From Raillietiella orientalis (lineage: Eukaryota), in the NCBI GenBank assembly GCA_036172245.1, contig JAYWIR010000011.1:1-64000 (forward strand): a stretch of DNA of 64,000 bases, written 5' to 3'. This document shows positions 40,391 to 53,079 of the stretch, one piece after another. The notes under the pieces are model-generated. The model made no database searches. It saw nothing but the letters and a program-made list of their open reading frames with translations, and had not been told where the DNA came from. The position numbers and the translations under genes are program-made. The first letter of the stretch is position 1, and each line of letters begins with the position of its first letter.

Positions 40391-40619
40391 GGGGTGTTCG
40401 AATTGTTGTAACCCTCACTGTTGCGCCTACAGGAAGCGAGACCAGAATTGGCTCATAGCAGCTCCGGGCGACTGCGACCTCCGCGCCGCTGCCGCCGCTT
40501 CCGCAACTCGTTCGAGCGTCCCGCCCGTGTTGCCCGCGGCCTCGGCCGGCTGTGGGAGGCGGTCGCGCGCTCCGGGAAGGAACGCCAAGGAGACCCGGGA
40601 AGATCCCGCTTCCTCTGTG

Positions 40620-40960
40620 GGACGCCTCCCTACCGACAACGAAGGCACCCCCGACCCATGTGCGCCCGCCGCCAAATCCGCCGCCACGCCTGGAAGCCCC
40701 TCCAGAAACCCCTTGCGTTGGGAGGAGGGAGGGGAAGAAGAATCACTGGAGAAGGCGGCGAGGTGAACAGCCGTGGCTTTCTTGATTCCTGGCGGGCCCT
40801 GTCTTGAGTTGCTACGTGACTTGAGTCCGGCGCCGGCGGGCACCGGAGGCTCCCGGAAGCGCTTGCCTTCGGCCAGGCTGGCCTTGAGGCTTCCCCAGGT
40901 ACCCGCTTGATGCGATCTCCACGTGCGCTCCGGGAATTCCCGCCAAGTTTCAACCGTCGG
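40620..40960 (-). mobile_element. Possible BEL/Pao integrase core remnant
   Basis: SLAEGKRF (~SDNGxNF) followed by PPNARGFW..RRIWRRAHMG (~PPxAPxxGGFWER..LG). Weak match. Confidence 0.28.
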
Positions 40961-42969
40961 TACGTTTTTTGATGAGCGGGAGGAACGCGCGGAGAATCCG
41001 GGAATCGTCATTCCACGGACTCTTCTCTCCCTCTCCGCCATGACGCGCGCGCGCGTCATGGCGGAGCGCGTTCCGCTGCTGCGGGCCGCGTGCGCGCTCG
41101 GGGGCTCATTGCCCTCCTCTTTCTCCCCCCCCTCTCCCCCCACCATCCGCGCCCGTTCCCATGTCCTTCTCCTCCTCCTGCTGGCCCCTAGCGACCCCTC
41201 TGTGATGCGGGCCGCCCGTTCTCCTGCCACCCTCCCTCTCGCAGGTCCTCCCGTAATTTCTCCAAGGCTCCCGCGGGCGCGACTAGGGAATCGTCCCTGT
41301 CGAGTGGGAAAAAATCCGTCGTCATCCCACGCGTCTCCATGACGAGGCGCTCGGGGTATTCGGGAGGAATCGATGCACCTCGAGCAGGCCGCGATGGCTC
41401 CGTCTCCCTGCCGATGCTCGCGCCGTCTCCGGGGAACGCGCGCCGCACCCGCCGGCTTGGGATGGCGTTCCGGCCCGCCGCCCGAGAACGGGGGAAGGGG
41501 GAGGAACCGCTCCTCCGGGAGGAGGCGCCGTGGTCTTCGTTTCCATCGCCACCGCCTCGAGCGGTCCCTCAAACAAAGTTGCGCTGCGACGGCCCGCGCG
41601 TCGCGCCGCCGGCCGGCCCTACTGACCGATGGCAGCGGAGAGCACTCCTTGCCTCGCGACGAACAAACGAAACGGAAGAAAAGGGGGGAGGAATAGGGAT
41701 TTTCCTCCCCCCCCCGCTATCATTTGGGTCCCTGCTTCCTGGAAACGGGGAAGAAGGGGGGAAGGGGTAGTGGCAAGGAGGCTTTGCACGGCGATTCTCC
41801 ACCGACCTCCCACCGTTCCCCTGTTCCCTGGGTGGTCTTGTCCAACCTCCCGTCTCCAAGGGAAACGCGCCGGGAAGGCCATCCAGGGGATCGTCTCGAG
41901 GGCACCACGCTGGGCCCTGCAGTCCCGCCATGCTGCTGCCCCAGGAGGCCCTCAGCGGAGACCGAACCCCCCACCTCAAAGGGAGCATTAGGGGGAAGGG
42001 ACGTCGCTTCCCTTCGCTGGCCCTTCTCCGGGGGTACAGCGTAGGCGACGCTCTCCACGCGCAGTGCAGGACCGGATCGCCAGTCCTCTCCCGTCCACGA
42101 AGCGCGGTAAAAGGGGGAGGGGGAGGAAGAAGGACGAAAAATCGATGGGGACGCTCGGCTCTGGGAGCAAAGGCATCTCCGGGACTCGCGGCGGGAGGGG
42201 AAAGAGAGGGAGGAGGGGCAGCAAGGCGCCTCCCCTTCGTGCAGAGGGCTCATGCGTCCCGGAAGGGAGTCTCCCCGAGGCGCTGCGGTCGGTCAGGGGG
42301 TTCAGTGCTCCCCCACCTTCCTGTGGCCCTCCTTTCGGGACCGAGGGTGTTTCCCCGGTCGTCTGGGGTGCGGACACCCCGTCAGAGGTGGGGAGGGAGA
42401 GGGGGAGGAGGAGACTCTTATGTTCGCGGCGGCGAAGGTGGTCGATCCGGGAAAGCGGAGACTGCGGGGGACTTCCACGCATCCAGGCAGAAGCGCTGCT
42501 ACCGCCTGTCAGCCGGCTCCCCGCCCCCTCCACCTTTAGTTGCTGCGGAAACGGTCCATTGTTCCTTCCCCCCTCCCCCTCCCCCCTTCCAAAATCTCCC
42601 GGGAGGACGGCCGATGGGGTTGGGGACCCGCGAAGAGCGCGCCTGCAGCAGCAGGAACAGCCCTTCGGCAGGGGGGCGCCGGCGGAGGGAGGGACCTTCC
42701 GGGTCCACTGCATCGCGGGATAGACCGACCGCCTCCTCCGAGAAGCTTCCGTCGAGACTCCTCCCGGTCTCGGCAGTCTCCATAGCAAGTGGTTGTTCTA
42801 CCCCCAGCGCCAGCGCCTTCGTCCCGCCAAACCGACGTCGGCATGGCAACGGCGTCGTCGCCACCGCCTCAGCAATAATAGTGGCAGTACGAACGATGTT
42901 GTCATTGTAACGATCTCACCCTTGAAACAATAGTGCGGCAGTCATTTTGACTCATCGTCAAAATGACTG

Positions 42970-43050
42970 CAGTCGTCATCATTGTCGTCGTCGTCACCAT
43001 CATCGTCATCGTTGTCATCGTAGACGTCATCGCCATCGTCACGTCTCCAT
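42970..43050. repeat. Degenerate (GTC/ATC)n trinucleotide tract
   Basis: gtcgtcatcattgtcgtcgtcgtcaccatcatcgtcatcgttgtcatcg... Confidence 0.8.
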
Positions 43051-43899
43051 CATAACGGTACAACGCCGATACCACCCCTTTCCGCTCCATCGCGCCCCCG
43101 CCGTCACCTTCGTAACCCTCACGCAGTGAAAGTAACTGTACGTCGTCGTCATCACGTCGTGGTCGTCAGCAGTCCTCCTTCCTCCCACGATCTTGCCTCC
43201 CCTCGCCGACCGAGCTGCTCCTCCTCGCAGGGCTCGCCGTCCCCGGAATCAACGGAGGTTGCGACGTTCCCGGGGTCCGCCGCTCCGCGGGGAACGCCTT
43301 CCCGAGAGTCCACAACCCCTCCTCCTTCCCCAACCCCCCCGGCTTCACTCTCTGACGCTGGCGCTTGAGCGCCTTCAGACTCCGGCGAGAGACACGCCGC
43401 CACCTTCCGCCGCGATGGTGGAGCCGCCTCACGCAGCCTCTGCCCGGAGCTCTCCGCGTGATGACTTCTCGCGGCTCGCTCGCAGATCATCCTGCGGGGT
43501 TCCCTCGAGGGGAGGGAGGGGGATATGTGGGAGGCAGCATCCGCTTGCGGGTCCGAGGACGCTCTTCTCTGCGGAAGAACAGGGTTTGCCTCCCCCGGTA
43601 CCCGAGTGAAGCGCGGGGAGGCCGCAGTGCGTCTGCCAGTCTCCAGCAGTTACGTGGTGTCATCTCTGAACGGATCTCCACACTGCGGGTGAGCTGGCGA
43701 ACCGAGGCGAACTGTCGCACGGAGGGGAGGGGGGCGGCGTTTGGGGCGTCCTCGGCTCAAGGAGGAGGAGGAAATGGGCTTCCTCCCGTCTGGCAGGGCT
43801 ATCGATTCGGACGAAAACTCCTCGCCCCGCGGCGCGCTCGCTCACACCTCTCAGGTCCCAGTCTCCAGTCGTTCGTCCCCGTCGACGGGGATTTCCAGG

Positions 43900-46390
43900 A
43901 ATTCTCCTCACACGCGGGGTCCTCCGGTCTCCCTTCTTCCCGCGTTTGAGGTACCTGTTGTGGATATACCCGCTGAGGGCGCCGGAAGGGACCCTCCTTC
44001 GGCGGGCGAAACTTTTAGGTGCACCCCAAAGAAGTCTGGGGTCCTCCCGCTTTGCGGGTCCTATCGGTTGCCGACGAGAACATGCCACGGGTCTTCTTTC
44101 CTGGGTCAATACCCAGCGCCGACCTCTCGTTCCCGAAGAAAACGTAGCCTCCCGGAACCGGGTGAGGTGCGGGCGATCGAACCTTCCCGCGTCCCTCGAG
44201 GGCGACCTCCACGAACTCTTGCAGGGACCGGCAACGGCGCCGCATCGTTCGGAGGACACCCCGCGCGCGGTCAGCTCTCGCGTGGTGGCGCTGCGATCGG
44301 GAAACCCTGGGCCGCCGCGCTGCACCACCGGCGGGCTGCCTGAGCAGCAGCTGCGGGTCGGGCCGAGGGCCTACGAGGGGCGACCCCGCTCGGAAGGGTG
44401 AGGTCGCGGCAGCGCTCGCGCCAGCTGCGGGAAGGGAAGGCGCGCCACTGTTGCAGAGGGCACCCCCGGTTACTTCCCGCTTTTTTCTTATTCATCCGCC
44501 GTCTCCTCCTCCCTCCCGCCCACGCGCCTGACCTGCGAGTCGGCGGACCCCCTCCCCCCTCTCCCTCGCGGACTCGCGCTCGCTTCCTTCAGCGATCTCG
44601 CCCCCTTCTGCGGCGCGCGTGCTCGCAAATCGGCGCCCCGGTGCGATCAAGTGAAGGTGCTTTCGGCCCTTCGAGTCGGCTCCGGAGAGCCCCCGGCAGC
44701 CGAGGAGCGAGAGCAGGGGGCAGGGAGAATGAGGGGGAGGGATGTTCCTCACCTGGATCGCCTCCAGAGGTGGGCAGGCCCTGCGCTCTGCTGGGGTGGG
44801 AGGCGTAGGAATGGATTGTAGACTTTGGTCTGGATTCGGTTGTAGGGATAGGGGAGCTCTAGCTTTCGGGAGTAGGGCAAACGGGGTAGGGGAAGACGGG
44901 AGAGGCGAACATCAGGCGTCGCTCACCGCCGGCTGCTCCTGAAGAGGTCGCTGCACCCCTGACCCCTTTCGCCCGTGAGCTCTCCACGTGGGCAAGGGAT
45001 CTAATGACGACGACGATATCCGCCTCTGCGCACTGGGCGCTGCGATCCAGTCCTCCCCATCACCCCACTGCAGGTCCTGAGTCCTCCTGAAGGACTTTCG
45101 CGCTCCGCATCGGGACGACGGCCCTGACCTCCCGAAGTTGGAGCCAACGGAGCTGCTGCAGTAGCAGCAGCAGTCTCGTGTCATCGCCCTCCTGGCGAAG
45201 TTGCGGAGCACCATCTGGTGCGCCATCTGTGCGCCTCCTCGTCCACTGACTTGCGTCTTTCCTTGCGCGCCGTCACCGCAGTGCCTTTCACCACGGATTG
45301 CAGCTCCGGGGGGTGGCGACCTTGACGAGGACCCACGACACCTGGATCTCCTGCTACCCCGCGCGAACGGCTGCGCCTGATTGTAGGAAACCACGCGTGG
45401 GTGAAGACCAAAGAGCTGTGTCCGGAAAACGCGCAACGAGTCCTGTACGAGCCCTACAACAACTGCACATTGCGGGGGATCCTTGAACATCCTGGGAAGA
45501 GTGCGTAGGCAGGAAGAACCTCGCTTGCCGCAGCGCTGCCCTCCCTAAGGGAGCAGAGGGGCAGCAGTCTTCAGGCTGTGGGAGCTCGCCATAGAAACCA
45601 CTGGCAGGAGGAGTAGAGGACTGCGTAAGTGGACAACGGGCCAGATTGCAGACGCTGCGACTCCGAGTGCCCCACTTGGAGGACTTCTGCACTGGGGCGA
45701 GCTGCAGGATATTCCGGAGGAAGACCTGCAGTGGCCCTCCAGTGCTCCTGGAAGCTCGCATCTTCCCCTTTAAGTGGCAGGAGTCGGCGTTAATGCTGCT
45801 GCACCGGGGTCTTCCGTGTAACGCCCGCAGGCATCACTGGACACGCGGGAGTGCGAACCCGAACTGTGGCAGGTGCAGAAAGCGCGAATCCCTCCCGCAC
45901 CTGCCCGTGGATTGTGTTGTTGCCCTCCAGCCGCCCTGGAACTCCTTGCCTCGACCCTGCGGACCCCCCGAGAGCAACCCCAGAGGCGTTCTTAAGCGCC
46001 CCTTTGCGCGTGACGCCCTCAAGTCAGCCGCGTCCCTGGTAGTCCCCCACTGCCCCCACACTGTATCGTGGCTGCCTGGAGTGCCGTCGAGAGAGAGGCG
46101 GCGCCAACGACAGGGACACGCCATCCACTTCGCGGTTCGCTTCCTGAGGACCGCAGCTGGGTGGCCCCATCTTCAGGAGGAACTGTCGGCATCCCGGGAA
46201 GGATGCAGAGGGCGCTCCTGCCAACAGACATTAATCCCTTCCCATTCCTCCCCCCTTCCCCCTCTGCTGCCGGAGCAAACTTCGCCCGTCTTCGCACTGC
46301 TCTACCGGCAGATCCTCTCATTGAAGAACTTGGTAGGACCGAGCGTCCTGCCACCTCACTGTTGTTAGATCTGTAAAAACAAACGCTCCG
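43900..46390 (+). mobile_element. Degraded L1/Tx1-like element (ORF1 remnant plus ORF2 3' end)
   Basis: 45780-45930 encodes LLHRGLPCNARRHHW..NPNCGRCRKRESLPHLPVDC, the L1/Tx1 C-terminal CxxC..E..H....C zinc finger. There are thumb-like remnants at ~44950-45150 and weak ORF1-like remnants at ~43950-44330. Confidence 0.65.
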
Positions 46391-46849
46391 GGGCAACCGT
46401 GTTGAAGTTCCCTTCCGCCTTTTGCCCTCGGCGTTCCTTGCTCCTCTCTCTCCTCGTGGAGGGACCTCCGCCTCAAGCTGCGGCTGAGAACGGATGCCTT
46501 CGGATGCCTCAGGCATTGTTGCTCGCCCCGGCAAACCCCGGACCGACAGGGACGTTGCCGGCCGGTCCTTTCCTCCTGTATCCAGTGAGAAGCGGGTCGC
46601 ATAGAAACCCCCTCCCTAGCCATGGAACTACGAGGGAGACTCACTTCGTGGAGGGAGAGAGGGAGGGAGGTGGTCCACGCAGCACATGTTGATCGCGCTG
46701 CTCGCAACCTCAGCCACAGGCACGGAGGCATCTGAGGACGGCGGGAGCTCCTTGGCTTGGCTCCTCGTCTCCCGAAGGGATCCGCACAGCACTGGAGGGG
46801 AGGGGAGAGGGCAGCCTGTGTCTGTCGTATGGGGGTCGGGCATCCGGAC

Positions 46850-47330
46850 TTCCAGGCGCGGGTCGATCGTTCGCCTTCTCGCTCCGGCACCCTCGCGTCA
46901 CGGTGAGCGCGCTGCAGTGCTCTTCCCCGTCCGGGGATGACAGCGGAAGATTCGCGGAGCTTCTGGTGTCGTGCAGCGTGACCAACGTCCCCCACGGAGA
47001 GACTCCGAGGAGCTTCCTGGGTCTCTAGGGGAGACAAGGGATGAGGGGGCGGATGAGGGAAATCGGCTGCTGCGAGGACCCTTTTGTTGCCTTCCCCCTG
47101 CCCCTTCTACGTGGACGCGTCCCTGAGGAGGCTTCCCGGCGGCTGGCAGCTCCCTAGGGAAGATCCAAGGCGAACTCCCCTGCCTTTCGCGCACGCTCAC
47201 GCAGCTCTCCGGCCTCCGTGGAAGCGCCCCTGCCACTTTCGTCGCACGGGTCACCCTCTTCAGGAAGGGTAGAAGACCCTGGGGACCTGGAGGTGAGCCT
47301 CGACGGGTGTGGCTGGACCGAGGAGTGGCA
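46850..47330 (-). mobile_element. Degraded L1/Tx1-like reverse transcriptase N-terminal fragment
   Basis: SPPGPQGL..FLK (~SPGPDGL..FYK), QPISLI (~RPISL) and SAVIPGR (~QxxxVPGR) occur in order. Confidence 0.55.
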
Positions 47331-50300
47331 AAGGAGGAGAGGAAGGCAGTAGCCGGCTTTCTTCTGGAACGACGAGGAAGGAGACGGCGAACTGCTGCTG
47401 CTGCTACGTTTCTGTGCCGAAGAAGAGTCCGGAAGCCTCCCCTTGTGGCAACTGGGACTCCGTGTCTCTCCTGCGCGGAACCTCGAAGTGGCCAAGCCAT
47501 CCTCCTCCCTCCCCTTCGCTGGAGCACTGACGAGCTATCCATCTCCTCCTTTCCACTCCTGCCACGACGGGAGTAAGGAAGAAGGGAGGGGAGGGAAGAG
47601 TTTTTTTCCTTAACAACGGTTGCTTCTGGATGGTGGCAGCATCATCCGTGCCCCTGCCCCCATCCGCGAGGCGTCTCTTGAGAGGGAGGGGAGCAGAGAT
47701 GAAGCGATCTTTCTCTTGCCAAGGAGGGAGAGAAGAGGCAATAGCGGATTCTTCGGCTACAAAGGAGACATCCCAATCCCAGCAGACGTCCCTCAGCCTG
47801 GATCTTTCGCAGCTCCAGGTTAGGCGTGAGGGTGGGAATCGCGGAAGTGAGGTGCACCGAAGCGTGGCGCTTTGGGCGGGCAGGGTTCCTCCAGTCCGCG
47901 GCAGCCGTCAGCTGATGCTGTAGTTGGCTCATGTGCGCTGCTCCCTCAAAAGGTCGGCCACGGGAAGCAGCTGCGTTGCGTAGGAGTTGACGGCTGCGCG
48001 TCGAGATGGCTCTGCCATCGGTGAATCGTGAGCGTCGTGGACGTCGCAGAATCCCCTCTCAGGGGGGAAAGTGGTGCTCCCTAGTCGTGGGCATGGTCGG
48101 CAGTGAGTGATAGGGGAGGAGGAGGAGGAACAATCGAGAGGAAGGTGGTTGCACCCAGTTGCCTGAAATGGCCGCACTACTGCACCCAGCTGCCTCGACG
48201 CACTTTCACCGCTCGTTCGTTCACGCTGACGGGGATTTTTCCGGGGATTTACTCTCTTCTCGGCGGAAAATCATCCGCCTCCCCTCCTCCCCTCTTGGGG
48301 AGCGGACCCCTCGGCGGCTGCCACGGCGTGGAGGAAATTTTTATGAAAAAGCGACTGCTAGCGGCGCGCGACGTGGTGTTTAGGTTCTCACCCTCAGCCA
48401 GCGTCATCTCGGGGACGGACGGCGAAACTTTCCGCGCCCTTCCGGCCTCGGACGCTTCGCCGTGCGGATTGACGGATCACGACCCTCCTTCCCCCTCTTC
48501 CTGCTCCAGCACTGCCGCCGCTTCGAGTTCTCGCTGTTTTGGAGCCATCGCGACTTCTGCAAACATGCCCAGACGGAGGAAACCCTCCTCAGAGAGGCGC
48601 TCTCGCAGGGATGGACCACTTCTTTCTCGGGTAGGACTTGGTCGCACCTCGCTCCAGGTCGTTCCGGTCCTGCTCACCTGCGTCAGCCTGCTCACGACAA
48701 GAACTTGGACAAATAACCGTAACGGTCATTCCGAGCTGGAGGCCGTCTCCCGGACGAGGCGTTCAGTCCTCCCCACCATCTTTCTTTTCACGAGCGTTCG
48801 GTGCACTCGCGCTTGTGCCGGAGTCCCACCCAAGGGCGACCCAGACTCGGGGGAGCGGGTGCTGGGCGAAGCTCGGCGTTTTCACCTGGCAGGGAGCAGC
48901 CACATTGAAGGTGCCGCTTCCTTGCACGGCAGAGGGTCCTCTCCTGTCCTCCTGTGCCGGCCAGCTGAGGAGGAGAGGCGGACGCCGCAGTTCGTGCGTT
49001 CCGCTCCGTTGGATCAGCAGCCCCTGCAACAATGGTCCGTGACCCCGAGCAGGATCAGGAGGGTCCTCCGCCCCAACTGGCCTCCCTTCAGGAGCTGGAC
49101 CGAAGCGCCAAGCTGCAGACGGCACCACGGCACGCCTTCAGGGTCCGTTCTTCACGATCACCATGGCAATGGCCCCTTCCTCTAGAAGAGGGGTGCTTCT
49201 TTCAGGGGGAGGGGATGCTGGATCGATAGCCAGGTGACAGCCACTGCCGAGAGGAACGCGTATTGGATGCAAGATGGCGGCCGCGCCTTCTTGCTGCCTA
49301 ACGCAGACTGCGCGGGATCCCAATTGGGTGGGAGCCTTCTTCCCGAAGAGGCGTCCAGCGGGCGAGTGTAGCTCAGCTCTCCTGCCGTCCCTTTCTCTTC
49401 TTAGAACCTCGGAAGGGAAGCGTGTTGTCGGGCATCTTAGGGGAGGGGGAAGTTCCTCATGACTTCTTCACCGTGCTGCTTCAACCTCCCCATCGCCGTC
49501 CTTCCCCTGCTCTTTTCCTTGCCCGCTTGCGTATCCGGAAATTCGCGGATGGACGTATCCCGGTACGGAAGTGAGTGCGGTGTCGGAGCGCAGGGACGTG
49601 AGACGGCTGGTTCCTCAGAGAGCAAGAGGCGACGCGAGAGTCTTCGTTACAGCTGTGGACGCAGCCCGCGCAGGCAGGCTCTCGGCTCCTCCCTCTTTTC
49701 CTTCCCGTCTGTCTCCAGGAGGACCCTCTCCCTAGAGAGCCTCTTTACCCCGTGCGCTTTCCCTCGTTCCTCACGTAGCAGCGTGCTGCCAGGAAGCGCG
49801 GGAGAGGGGAAGGGTAAGTGGGTGGGTGGGTGTGAATGGCTTTGCTCGGACACGTACGAAGCGAAAGAACAAAACGAAAAGGAACCGCGGAGTCCCTGTA
49901 GCTCTCTTGGATACCCAGGAACCACCCTAACTCGTCTTCTCCTCCTCGTCCCGTCCATCCCAGTCCGCGAGCAGCACCTTACGCAGTTCCACCGCCTGTT
50001 CCGAGATGGCGGTGGAGTCGAGGCTCTCCGCTCGTTCCCCACCCGGCTCTTTCCCGCTAGCGCAGCTCCCGAAAACGCACGTCCTGCACCTGCTTGTGAC
50101 GGAGATCCCTCCTGCCCTACTCTGAGCCGGGGAGGCGCACTTGCTGCTACTCCCAGGATCCCCTCGAGCTTGGGAGTGGCAGCAGGAGTCACACGTGACT
50201 TTCTCCCCCCTCCCCCCCTTCCGCTAGGGAGGGAATACTACGTGCACCTGCGGGTCCGCCACCGTCTTCGCCCCGCGAGCCTTCTTTTCCTACCACCCCC

Positions 50301-51259
50301 AGAACGGGCTCCAGGGAGGAAGACATCCGGGAGGGGAAAGGAACTTTTGCCCTTTCCCCCATTCCCCCCTGGTCTGGATCGGGATCGGTGACATGCGGGA
50401 GGAGGAGGAGGGTCGGCTTCCCTCCTTGCGCACCCCCGTGGCTGAGCTTGCGGGCGAGGGAGCGGCTGGTTCACCCGGTGCCACCCGCGACGGCATCCCC
50501 CTCGGGAGCGGTGAGATGCTCCACGGTCGCAGCCTCCTTCCCAGGGCTCAGAACGAGATGGTCTCGGTGGACCCTCCTCACGCGTCCGCGGAGCGTAGGA
50601 GGTGGCCCGCTGGGTGGCGCGCATTGCCGCCCGACGGGCACGGCATCCCGGCTGGCGGACGAAGACACTCCAGTCGGGACGCTCTCTCGGGGGTCTCCGC
50701 GGCCGCATTCCCGGCGAAGACTTCGGAATCCCTAGCTTTCCGGCCCACGCCACGGGGAAGAGGGAGGAACCGCCATCTTTCCGGTGGAGTGTCTCCCCGG
50801 AAGCGGGGAGGCGCCGGTTTCACCCCTCAGCGGGGAGGGCGCACGCCCACGGCGGGAGCTCCCCTGCAGGGTGCCTGCCGGAACGGCCCGGAGCGGGGGA
50901 TCACGGGACTGACCTTCCCCGGCTGTCGCCTCGCCGGCGGCCCTCTGCCTCGCGCGAGCGAAGATGGAGGCGGGGAGTGGCCATCGTCCTGGAGAGCCGT
51001 TTGTAGTCGCCGTCTCTTACGCGGAGGAGGAAGGGAAGAGGAGGAGGAAAAGGAGGAAGGAAGGGGGAAGAATCCGCGGGGTCCCTCGGCGCCGGAGAGC
51101 ATCCCCTCCTCCCATTTCTTTTTTGCCCGCCGCAGGCCCGCGGCAGTCGTGTGCAGTACCGCGAGGCCCGTCGCCCCATATTCCATCTACCACTCTATCC
51201 GTTCGTCTTTCCTGCCCTCCTCCCCTGTTCCTTCCCCAGAGGGAGCGGTCCGCTAACGC

Positions 51260-51975
51260 TGTCCATGCCACCAGAGGGTGCGTGATGACTCTTCGGGTGA
51301 TAGGGGTTTACCCCGGGAGGGGAGCACCTGTGAATCAAGGAAGGGCTCCGGAGGGAGCGGTCCGTTCCTCTCACGCTTGGTAGGGAACCCTCTCCCTAGT
51401 TGTCTTCGAAGGGATCCCTTCCCGAGTGAAGGGCAGACCTCATTTCTTCCTGAAGGAACCCGAAAAGGATCCGCTCTTGGAATTTCTTCACCGGAGGGAT
51501 CCCCCGCAAAGGAACCACTTCTGGTTTCCTCCTCCGAAAGAACCCCGAAGGGAGAGGGGCGCACTTCCTCACGCTTTGGAGAGGTATCGATCCACCAGCG
51601 CTATGGCACGAGATGGAGGGTCGCCCCAGAGTAGGGAGGGAGTCTTCTGATGGAGGGTTTCCCCCTGAGGAGGGGAATGGGGAACGTCTCCATCTTCGCA
51701 GCCGGCGGGGGAGCCCCGAAGAGCCCGTTGACACCTGGAAGGACCCCGGAAGGTCATCTTCCGATGCCGGAGACCAGTCAACGGGGAGTCAGGTTTCACC
51801 AGTGCCGCCGCACCCGAAGCCCAGGGGCCAACCAGCGTCATCTCGCGGGAAAAAGTTGAAATTCCCCGACGCAACTCCCGTTCTCTGGGGTCGATGCTTC
51901 TTCACCCCGGTCAGGATTCGAACCCGCGACGCCTGGCACCGCAAGCAGACCGCACCGCAGCCGCGTGGCCGCCGC
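51260..51975 (-). mobile_element. Long tRNA-derived SINE-like element, the longest copy in the window
   Basis: Perfect B-box GGTTCGAATCC (51924-51914) with a degenerate A-box (cggccacgcgg, ~51971-51961). The 5' part is homologous to 40190-40390 and the 3' part to 24430-24720. Confidence 0.65.
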
Positions 51976-52998
51976 CCACGCGGGCAGGGCTCCCTTTGGT
52001 TTCGGACCTGCTCGTGCCGCACCTTCTCCGTCTACATAAAATTTTTATGTGTGCTTATGTACACAAACGGTCCGTCTATCCGGGGCGAGGCTTTCTCCGC
52101 CTCGTACGGGGACGTGACGTCAGAGCGTGCTGAACGCACGCCGGACTCTCCTTTCACGTCGGCGGCGGCGGGGGGAGGGGGCAGGTGCAACTCCCCCCTG
52201 CACGGCCGAGTCTGCGCTGTGGCGCGGAGGAGGATATGCCCCAGCCATTCGTAGGGGCGGCCTGTGACCTACCTCTAACGTGAAACGCCCATCGCAAGGC
52301 CGTGCTCAGTCACGGGGCACGTTGCCCCGCGGACCAGCTCCCTCTTTCCCCGAGGGGGACGACGTTTCTCCGAGGTCATCCGTGGCCGAAGCAGATCTTG
52401 GGAGCGCCATCTTGGGCAAAGATGATGGCGAAGCGGAATGGGGTGCGCGGAAGAGGGCGGGAAGGACCTCACGCTCGGGGGTTCACCCGTGTCAACGAGT
52501 GGGCCCACAGCAGTGGAAGGGGTGGGGGGAATCGATGGCGAATGACTGGGGACTGGACACAGGACCAGGAGCTCTCTGCCTCCCCTTCCGCTTGCAGAAG
52601 AGGCCCTTCCTGTAGGGGTCCCCGCAGCAGGGTGAGAGGCCGCGAAGGCGAACGACCGCGCCAGCTGACGAGGGACTAGGAAGAGGGCGGAGCGAATCTG
52701 CAGGGGGGGGGCAAGGCCGCAGGGGCTGGCCGAGTCGTGTGAACGGACTCCGCGAAGCGAAACAACCTCGTTGTTCCGCGGACCACAAGCGCGTCGTGCC
52801 GCATCACTTAGCGCCCACCAGTGCAGAACGAGGCGTCGCCGGCGCCCACCGGGCGTTCCCGTGGTGACTCGAGACGTTCGCAGGCTGCCACTTGCCTCCT
52901 CCTTCGAGTGAGGGGGGCGGAGGTGATGTCACTCTTCGGTTTCCATGCATGGTTACCGCGGCATCGTGAAGTAACTCTGCCCGCTGCGGGACGGCTTC

Positions 52999-53003
52999 AA
53001 AAA
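52999..53003 (-). terminator. RNA polymerase III terminator (T5) of the tRNA-Ala gene
   Basis: TTTTT begins 3 nt downstream of the tRNA discriminator base. Confidence 0.85.
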
Positions 53004-53006
53004 GTT

Positions 53007-53079
53007 TGGAGGCGCCGGGTATCGATCCCGGTACCTCTCGCATGCTAAGCGAGCGCTCTACCATCTGAGCTACGCCCCC
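53007..53079 (-). tRNA. tRNA-Ala (anticodon AGC)
   Basis: GGGGGCGTAGCTCAGATGGTAGAGCGCTCGCTTAGCATGCGAGAGGTACCGGGATCGATACCCGGCGCCTCCA: 73 nt, cloverleaf, G3:U70 alanine identity pair, no intron. Confidence 0.98.

Noticed and set aside
28590..52700. CTGATGAG/CTGACGAG hammerhead-like cores (28592, 47527, 52666)
   Set aside because: No stem II followed by GAAA at the required spacing.
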